IMG/VR virus record: IMGVR_UViG_3300003878_000001
Span: 1-64,000 of that record
Direction: 5' to 3' (one strand)
Length of the DNA: 64,000 bases
Origin: a virus
The notes below the pieces were generated by a model. The model saw nothing but the letters and a program-made list of their open reading frames with translations, was not told where the DNA came from and made no database searches. Position numbers and translations under genes: made by a program. Positions 59,237 to 64,000 of this stretch are shown here, piece by piece. The first letter of the stretch is position 1; each line of letters opens with the position of its first letter.

Positions 59237-59461
59237 TTACAGATATTCGTCTTTAATTAGAAAATAAGATAACTTATTTGCTCGACCAACAAAGATTAAA
59301 CGGCTGTCTTCCTTGACAATTTGATCATGGACACCACCACGAACCACAATAGAACCACCACAACGGCAAACAGAATTATATCCTAGTTGAATGTTTTCCC
59401 AGATACATCCCTTATTGTCAATGAGTTTGTCTAGTGCTGTTTGTGTTTTATTCTTTTTCAT
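59237..59461 (-). CDS. hypothetical protein (74 aa)
   Basis: Overlaps the HNH 3' end by 14 nt. Confidence 0.45.
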   Translation of the reverse strand: MKKNKTQTALDKLIDNKGCIWENIQLGYNSVCRCGGSIVVRGGVHDQIVKEDSRLIFVGRANKLSYFLIKDEYL

Positions 59462-59738
59462 TATCTACATACCTTTGTTTGTAATTGTTTTCTTGAGAAC
59501 AAGTATATTTTCTGTGACAATTAGAACAGAGTATTTCACATTTAGATATCTCTCTAAGAATCATATCTATAGGTTGTTTACCCATCATATGAGAAACATT
59601 CTCTTTCTTATTTCCTAAATGGTTGAACTCTAAACAGCGAACATCAGATTCACCACAATGAGCACACGGATTATTTGCCAAATGATCAAGAATAACTTGT
59701 CTATGAAAATTCTTGGTATTTCTGTCATACCTAATCAT
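59448..59738 (-). CDS. HNH endonuclease (small)
   Basis: CAHCGESD...LEFNHLGNKKENV...ILCSNCH. ATG 59738 forms an ATGA overlap with the small ORF upstream. Confidence 0.75.
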   Translation of the reverse strand: MIRYDRNTKNFHRQVILDHLANNPCAHCGESDVRCLEFNHLGNKKENVSHMMGKQPIDMILREISKCEILCSNCHRKYTCSQENNYKQRYVDNEKE

Positions 59739-59851
59739 CGAATTATCACAAGAGCTAAAGCAAACAAGAGAAACCAATCAAACTTAGTCCATCCTCCTGC
59801 TAAACCACGGCAAACCCATTGATAGGCACCATTGACCACTTCCATATTCAT
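59735..59851 (-). CDS. possible small membrane peptide (38 aa), below the ORF-track cutoff
   Basis: ATG 59851 to TGA 59735 with an ATGA overlap to the HNH start. C-terminal WFLLFALALVII. Confidence 0.35.
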   Translation of the reverse strand: MNMEVVNGAYQWVCRGLAGGWTKFDWFLLFALALVIIR

Positions 59852-59877
59852 CACTGTAAACTACAGTAGTAAATAAC

Positions 59878-60588
59878 CTAACTTCTTTGCTTTGAATTGG
59901 AAAGTAAGTTTAAGTTATGACCTTTTTCACTAAATAGTATCTTAGAAAGATCTGTGAAGTAAGAAAGAGCATCCATAGTTCTAATTACATCATATTGTAA
60001 ACACTTGTTAAGCTCTTTGACAATATAATTACGGTAACGAGGGTGATTTAGATAATCTAAGACATTATCATCAAACAGTGAAAGAGTTAATTCACGATCT
60101 GCACTTAAATCACATTGAACAATAAATCTTAATGCTCTCATGATTCTACGTGGGTCTTCAATTAGTCGTTCTGTAGCATTACCAATACATCTTAATCTTC
60201 GATACTTACAATCAGCTAAACCGCCAAAGTAATCTACAACAACTTGATCAAGAATATTGCGAGCAATAGCGTTAATAGTGAAGTCTCGACGTTCTAAATC
60301 TTGAAATAGTGACCCGGGTTCAGAGTAAACTAGAGTGCCATTGATATATTTTTCACCAGTTCGACAAAGAACAAAGTCATCCACTTGACCATCAATAGGA
60401 TTCTTACATTTTAATGTATGACGTTCAGGAATTTCATGTTTAATCTCATACCCTAGTGCATTCAACGTATATCTCATCACGTCAAAACTAGATGCCACAA
60501 CACAATGATCCCTGTCACCAGATCTTTCTCCTTTAATATGTAAATCTCGAAGTGAACCACCTACTTCATAAATTTCGATGCTTTCCAT
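59878..60588 (-). CDS. second short CCA-adding / poly(A) polymerase-family nucleotidyltransferase
   Basis: EVGGSLRD, GDRDHCVV, RRDFTINAIA and DPRRIMRALRF. At ~236 aa it also lacks the tRNA-binding body/tail. ATG 60588 is preferred over TTG 60606. Confidence 0.8.
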   Translation of the reverse strand: MESIEIYEVGGSLRDLHIKGERSGDRDHCVVASSFDVMRYTLNALGYEIKHEIPERHTLKCKNPIDGQVDDFVLCRTGEKYINGTLVYSEPGSLFQDLERRDFTINAIARNILDQVVVDYFGGLADCKYRRLRCIGNATERLIEDPRRIMRALRFIVQCDLSADRELTLSLFDDNVLDYLNHPRYRNYIVKELNKCLQYDVIRTMDALSYFTDLSKILFSEKGHNLNLLSNSKQRS

Positions 60589-60627
60589 ATTTAAGTCTTT
60601 AACCAATTCAATAATTCTATTATAGCA

Positions 60628-60709
60628 CGGAAGAAGGAGGAATTGAACCCCAACCTAAAGATCGATCTGTTTAGCAAACAGCCCTTGAAACCATTCAAGA
60701 TCATCTTCC
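60628..60709 (-). tRNA. tRNA-Ser (anticodon GCU), long variable arm
   Basis: Hand fold: GGAAGAT/TTCTTCC (6 bp plus a mismatch), loop TTGCTAA, ~14-nt variable arm, T loop TTCAATT, G73. No encoded CCA. Confidence 0.65.
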
Positions 60710-60710
60710 A

Positions 60711-60748
60711 ATAGTTTAATTTATTGAAAAACAGTGAACAAACTATAT
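60711..60748. repeat. divergent copy (R8) of the quasi-palindromic repeat, lacking the GCGA box
   Basis: ATAGTTTAAT-TTATTGAAAAACAG-TGAACAAACTATA, immediately upstream of tRNA-Ser(GCU). Confidence 0.45.
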
Positions 60749-60852
60749 CATAACTGGTTCAACAAACAGACACCTAAGACAAAAACAGAACCTGTTAGGA
60801 CAATTAGTGTTGCAATCTCAAAAAAGTATTTCATGTTCTTATGTAAATAGAA

Positions 60853-60935
60853 CGGAAGATAAAAGAATCGAACTCTTAGGGTTTCACTCCTAGCCACGGG
60901 TTCAAACCGTGTTTACCGCCTTGGTGCTATCTTCC
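60853..60935 (-). tRNA. tRNA-Ser (anticodon UGA), long variable arm
   Basis: Hand fold: GGAAGAT/ATCTTCC, CACGG-TTTGAAC-CCGTG, variable arm with TAGG/CCTA stem, AAGAG-TTCGATT-CTTTT, G73. No encoded CCA. The D arm is poorly resolved by hand. Confidence 0.65.
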
Positions 60936-61423
60936 AAATGTATTCTGTTTTTGTTCTTGTATGTTGGAGTTTGAGAATGACAATTAGGACAGATTACTCG
61001 TAAGTTCTCTAGTCTGTTGTCGTTTCTTACTCCATTGATGTGATCTAACTCTAGAGAGATAGGTTGCTCATTCCAAACAGAAAGATTGCAAATTTCACAC
61101 TGATGTTGTTTTATCCCTTCTCTAATGAGTTTCAATCTAAGCTTATGTGTTGAGATAAAATCACCGTTCAACTCTAGATATTCTTTTGCAGGTCTGTATT
61201 TACTTGTTCTTCTTGGTTTACTCTTGTACCAATCAGATTCTATCTCGTAACTTTTCTCTATTTTAGCACAAGCTCTGAAGTATTGACCATTCATTCTTTT
61301 AATCTCTATTCCTAGAAAGCTTTCAAGAAATTTTTGTTTGGTTGAACAGTTGTTCATTAATACCAAAACTTGTCCTTTAGTCCACTCTCTAATAGATTGA
61401 TTTACTAAATCAGATAGTCTCAT
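60902..61423 (-). CDS. HNH homing endonuclease whose last 11 codons lie inside tRNA-Ser(UGA)
   Basis: CEICNLSVW...LELDHINGVRNDNRLENLRVICPNCH. The ORF reads through tRNA positions 1-36 and stops at TGA, which is the anticodon triplet. Confidence 0.85.
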   Translation of the reverse strand: MRLSDLVNQSIREWTKGQVLVLMNNCSTKQKFLESFLGIEIKRMNGQYFRACAKIEKSYEIESDWYKSKPRRTSKYRPAKEYLELNGDFISTHKLRLKLIREGIKQHQCEICNLSVWNEQPISLELDHINGVRNDNRLENLRVICPNCHSQTPTYKNKNRIHLEDSTKAVNTV

Positions 61424-61463
61424 TGTTATATTTATGTGCTACAAAGGTAAGTAACCGATTAGT

Positions 61464-61494
61464 TAACCTGTTTGACACCTTGCCGCTATCTTCC
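61464..61494 (-). pseudogene. duplicated 5' half of a tRNA-Ser-like gene (no T arm follows)
   Basis: The minus strand GGAAGATAGCGGCAAGGTGTCAAACAGGTTA matches GGAAGATAGCACCAAGGCGGTAAACACGGTT of tRNA-Ser(UGA) at about 24 of 30 positions. Confidence 0.5.
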
Positions 61495-61740
61495 AAATTT
61501 ATCAACAATATCCTCTTTCATGTCAACAAAAGTCAGCCAAATATAGCTAAGACTTTTAACAACAGGTTTGAAAGTCTCTCCATCGTGGTTCACATTAGCA
61601 GAAGTGTAATAATCAAGACAATCCCAAAAATATCTAGGATCGGGATCTGCATCCATTTTGTTTAATGGGTATCGAGCTTGATTGTACCAATCTTCAAAAC
61701 AGATTGCCCAGCTTTCAGCTAATTGTTGTACTTTAGTCAT
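61486..61740 (-). CDS. hypothetical protein (84 aa)
   Basis: ATG 61740 with SD GGTGGA. The stop lies in the tRNA-like fragment. Confidence 0.45.
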   Translation of the reverse strand: MTKVQQLAESWAICFEDWYNQARYPLNKMDADPDPRYFWDCLDYYTSANVNHDGETFKPVVKSLSYIWLTFVDMKEDIVDKFGR

Positions 61741-61900
61741 CGAAAATCCACCATAAAAGAGCAATATCTAAAAACGCATCGAGAACATCAATAACCCAAC
61801 TATTATTTCCAGAAGAGTTTTCTTTTCGAGAATTGGCGATCGCCTTATTCCGATTATCAACCTCTTGTTGTGTTTCTCCCGGCCATCTGTCGTTAGTCAT
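61733..61900 (-). CDS. hypothetical protein (55 aa)
   Basis: ATG 61900. The track start at 61918 is TTG. Confidence 0.4.
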   Translation of the reverse strand: MTNDRWPGETQQEVDNRNKAIANSRKENSSGNNSWVIDVLDAFLDIALLWWIFDD

Positions 61901-62053
61901 TGTATACCCACTTGTCAATATTTAACCAATAAGTCCAACTCTCTGATCTGCCTGCATAGGAAACTGTTGCTGTAGATCTTCCGTTTGAATCCATTCCGGG
62001 AACAACACTTTTATCAGCCGTGTATTGTTCCCACTCTTGTAAAGTCTTATCCA

Positions 62054-62344
62054 TTATACTATTGCATACTCCTTTGTTGTTGTGTCTATATCTTCAACAG
62101 AGAATGTTTCTTTAACCCACTCTTCAAGTCTTTCTGCAATTGCAGCTACGTCTTTTGTCGTTTCTGCCCAAACTTCAATAACGAAGTTTTTTGCTTCTGT
62201 TGCTTGAGTAGTAACAAAGGCATCCCAATCATCAGACAAATCGTATCCTTCAAGATCAAGCTTTCGATTAGCTAGACGTTCCAGATAATCAAGATTAACA
62301 GAATCCTCTAGTGTAACAGTTGCTTTGACTTCAACAGATTGCAT
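62054..62344 (-). CDS. hypothetical acidic protein (96 aa)
   Basis: SD AAGGAA upstream of ATG 62344. Confidence 0.5.
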   Translation of the reverse strand: MQSVEVKATVTLEDSVNLDYLERLANRKLDLEGYDLSDDWDAFVTTQATEAKNFVIEVWAETTKDVAAIAERLEEWVKETFSVEDIDTTTKEYAIV

Positions 62345-62595
62345 ATCTTTATTCCTTGACTCTATACCGAGTATACTTTAATAAGAGTGTAATAGGTTCA
62401 GTGATATTGCTGAAATCCGGTTTGTTGGGTAACAAGGATAACCGGAAAATTCCCCGGCTCATCTAGGCAGCAACTAGGCTACGCTTACGAGCGAAAGGCA
62501 CAATGTTATTAGCAGTTGTGTTTAGTCGATTGATCAACAGTTAAGTCTCATCTTCTACCAGTCGAAACCAAGTAATACCCCGTGAGAGAAGAGAT
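62345..62595 (-). ncRNA. ORF-free, hairpin-dense ~250-nt segment downstream of the HNH gene (candidate stable RNA; strand uncertain)
   Basis: No long ORF. Visibly G+C-richer than its surroundings. Stems include TCCGGTT...AACCGGA enclosing TTGTT-ACCC-AACAA. It shares AACCGGAAAAnTCnCCGG with 55362-55703. Confidence 0.3.
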
Positions 62596-62916
62596 TTATT
62601 TATTCCAGGGAGTATGACCGTTCTGAAATCTTTTACCATGAGGAACAGAAATTCTGCCCTTTTGATAAGCGTCTTTCATATTGTCTGAATTAGTCCCTAG
62701 AAAGAGATGTTCAGGATTGACACATTTAGGATTGTCGCAATGATGGCATACCATTAAAGATTCGTCAAATTCGCCATTGGCTAGCCTGTAAGCTACTCTA
62801 TGAGCGGATTGGACTTTTCCGTTTACTTTGAAGGCACCATAAGATCCCCTGAAAGATGCTTGCCATTCGTGACAGCCTGTTGATGTTTCTTGAACTTTGT
62901 CGTAAAATCTCTTCAT
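62596..62916 (-). CDS. HNH endonuclease (HNH_3 type)
   Basis: AHRVAYRLANGEFDESLMVCHHCDNPKCVNPEHLFLGTNSDNMKD. Confidence 0.85.
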   Translation of the reverse strand: MKRFYDKVQETSTGCHEWQASFRGSYGAFKVNGKVQSAHRVAYRLANGEFDESLMVCHHCDNPKCVNPEHLFLGTNSDNMKDAYQKGRISVPHGKRFQNGHTPWNK

Positions 62917-62922
62917 AGTGTA

Positions 62923-62960
62923 TGGAGTATAGGGGAGTCGAACCCCTGTCCTGTTAGTTA
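62923..62960 (-). pseudogene. isolated tRNA 3' half (T arm plus acceptor strand) without a matching 5' half
   Basis: AGGGG-TTCGACT-CCCCT followed by ATACTCC-A. No GGAGTAT-type 5' strand was found within 250 nt upstream. Confidence 0.45.
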
Positions 62961-63069
62961 AGTATTCAACCTCTCAACCTATGACTATAATAACCAACCA
63001 ATTCATAAGATGTATCCGTATAATCAACCAATTGACTTCTTGCCACCTATTCAAATATCATCATGGTTA

Positions 63070-63120
63070 CATAGTTTATTTAATGAAAAAAGTGATAAAT
63101 AAAAGTATAAGTGTATGATG
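63070..63120. repeat. quasi-palindromic intergenic repeat, copy R7
   Basis: ACATAGTTTAT-TTAATGAAAAAAG-TGATAAATAAAAGTATAA-GTGTATGATG. Confidence 0.6.
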
Positions 63121-63131
63121 ATATTTAATGA

Positions 63132-63159
63132 GAAAAACCGCCTGAAAAGGTTCAAGCGG
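63132..63159 (-). terminator. Rho-independent terminator after the basic-peptide gene
   Basis: Minus strand CCGCTTGAA-CCTT-TTCAGGCGG (9 bp; the single G-U is a wobble only on this strand), followed by TTTTTCTC. Confidence 0.7.
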
Positions 63160-63181
63160 CTTCTTAAAGCGGATATTCATA

Positions 63182-63310
63182 TTAATGGGCCTTGAGCTTA
63201 CTGGATAGGCGTTTTTGACGCTTACGGTACTGTCTAGCCTTAGCAGAACCGCCCTTACCTTTACGATTTCGACCTGTCTTGCGTGGGCTTTCATGAGACT
63301 TTAGACGCAT
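63182..63310 (-). CDS. 42-aa highly basic peptide, paralog B
   Basis: MRLKSHESPRKTGRNRKGKGGSAKARQYRKRQKRLSSKLKAH. ATG 63310 with SD AAGGTGA. The track start at 63403 lies inside tRNA-Cys and is rejected. Confidence 0.6.
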   Translation of the reverse strand: MRLKSHESPRKTGRNRKGKGGSAKARQYRKRQKRLSSKLKAH

Positions 63311-63332
63311 GAGAATCACCTTTAGATTGAAT

Positions 63333-63409
63333 TGGAGTCTCTGACAGGATTTGAACCTGTGTCTGAAGATTTGCAGTCTTCCGCATGAACCGGACTCTAC
63401 CACAGAGAC
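63333..63409 (-). tRNA. tRNA-Cys (anticodon GCA), CCA end encoded
   Basis: Hand fold: GTCTCTG/CAGAGAC, GAAGA-CTGCAAA-TCTTC, ACAGG-TTCAAAT-CCTGT, U73 (Cys identity) followed by CCA. Confidence 0.75.
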
Positions 63410-63424
63410 GTATTTACATACTAT

Positions 63425-64000
63425 CTACTCATCCATAAAATACCAATCAGTGAAATTACTGCTTTTACATCTATAAGAAATAGTTGGTCTATTAATGCCT
63501 GTTTGTCTTTCTGCTTCTCCACAACTGAAAAATATTCCAAAGGGTGTTGATATTCTTTTACAATCAGGCTGAGACTTTGCGTTTTTCTTTTTCGTTTTAT
63601 TAGTATGCTTCTTGCCAAACCAAAAACCTTTCTCTCCTTTTTGTCTGTTGGAGTTTGCCGCTCTTTGTTCATCATTGAGCTTATTTCCTGGTTTACCTAA
63701 CTTGGCTTTTCGGAGTTTGTTTCTTGTTTCTGGTGAAGGATTTAGACTACCCTCACCTCCATCTGTCATATTTGTTAGACAGCCACCATTTGAGAATCTT
63801 CCAAATAAAGCAATTGTTTCTTGTTCTTTGGCGTAGGCTTGTTCTGTTGTTAATCCTTCGTATAAGATAATGATTTCAAACGTTCCTTCTCTTTCTGCCT
63901 TAGCTCGTTTACGTCTGCAATATTGATTCCTGCCATGCTTACTATATGCACGGTTTATATCTCCCATTCCAATATAGAATGGATCTCCATTATGCTTCCA
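63425..64000 (-). CDS. GIY-YIG homing endonuclease (5' end beyond the window)
   Basis: The reading frame is open to the window edge (..WKHNGDPFYIGMG..). Contains GGCLTNMTDGGEG, NUMOD3-like repeats and an HTH-like tail. Confidence 0.8.
   Translation of the reverse strand, partial: WKHNGDPFYIGMGDINRAYSKHGRNQYCRRKRAKAEREGTFEIIILYEGLTTEQAYAKEQETIALFGRFSNGGCLTNMTDGGEGSLNPSPETRNKLRKAKLGKPGNKLNDEQRAANSNRQKGEKGFWFGKKHTNKTKKKNAKSQPDCKRISTPFGIFFSCGEAERQTGINRPTISYRCKSSNFTDWYFMDE

Noticed and set aside
62923-62960. The partial tRNA as a prophage attachment site.
   Set aside because: No integrase, excisionase or repressor-like gene is visible anywhere in the window, and the gene content is that of a virulent phage. 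Endonuclease-associated decay is the simpler explanation.
674-63120. The intergenic repeat family as a CRISPR array or as Rho-independent terminators.
   Set aside because: Copies are kilobases apart, irregularly spaced and in both orientations, so this is not a CRISPR array. The stems are all A-T with an 13-18-nt loop and no consistent downstream T tract, so they are unlikely to be efficient intrinsic terminators.

Overview
This AT-rich, very gene-dense window reads like the early/middle region (nucleotide metabolism, replication, RNA repair, tRNA genes) of a large virulent tailed dsDNA phage. Genes have Shine-Dalgarno leaders and TATAAT-type -10 boxes. About 120 short ORFs, many coupled by ATGA/TAATG overlaps, run almost entirely on the minus strand. 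The plus-strand exceptions are two paralogous unknown proteins (5550-7666), a tail-fibre-like module (14138-19321), a flap endonuclease (23845-24708), an HNH gene (38242-38907) and a small membrane protein (40838-41185). Functions recognised from motifs: class I RNR alpha with a fused glutaredoxin-like domain and RNR beta, DHFR, ThyA, dCMP deaminase, an NMNAT-like nucleotidyltransferase, a CYTH protein, a 142-aa kinase-like protein, a SprT-like protease, an SF3 primase-helicase plus two AEP-like proteins, a topoisomerase II A-type subunit, C5 and N6 DNA methyltransferases, a metallophosphoesterase, a RecB/Cas4-like nuclease, a macro-domain protein, Pnkp, an Rnl1-type RNA ligase, an RlaP-like nucleotidyltransferase and two truncated CCA-adding-type nucleotidyltransferases. 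I hand-folded 11 tRNAs between 51.7 and 63.4 kb, all on the minus strand; only 4 encode CCA. The same region holds a 226-nt tRNA-like RNA with a giant extra arm, tRNA fragments, and two ORF-free structured segments. Nine homing-endonuclease-type genes (4 GIY-YIG, 5 HNH) are scattered through the window. A roughly 50-bp quasi-palindromic intergenic repeat occurs 8-9 times in both orientations, and a second promoter-like motif (ATACTGGGTA-N21/22-TATAAT) occurs 3 times. The best candidates for something undescribed are the extended tRNA damage-response island (41-63 kb) with its odd RNAs and paired 42-aa basic peptides, and the plus-strand pair of nuclease-like paralogs (5550-7666). All calls rest on motif reading and hand folding. 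No database search, tRNAscan or covariance model was run, so the tRNA, ncRNA and remote-homology calls need computational confirmation.
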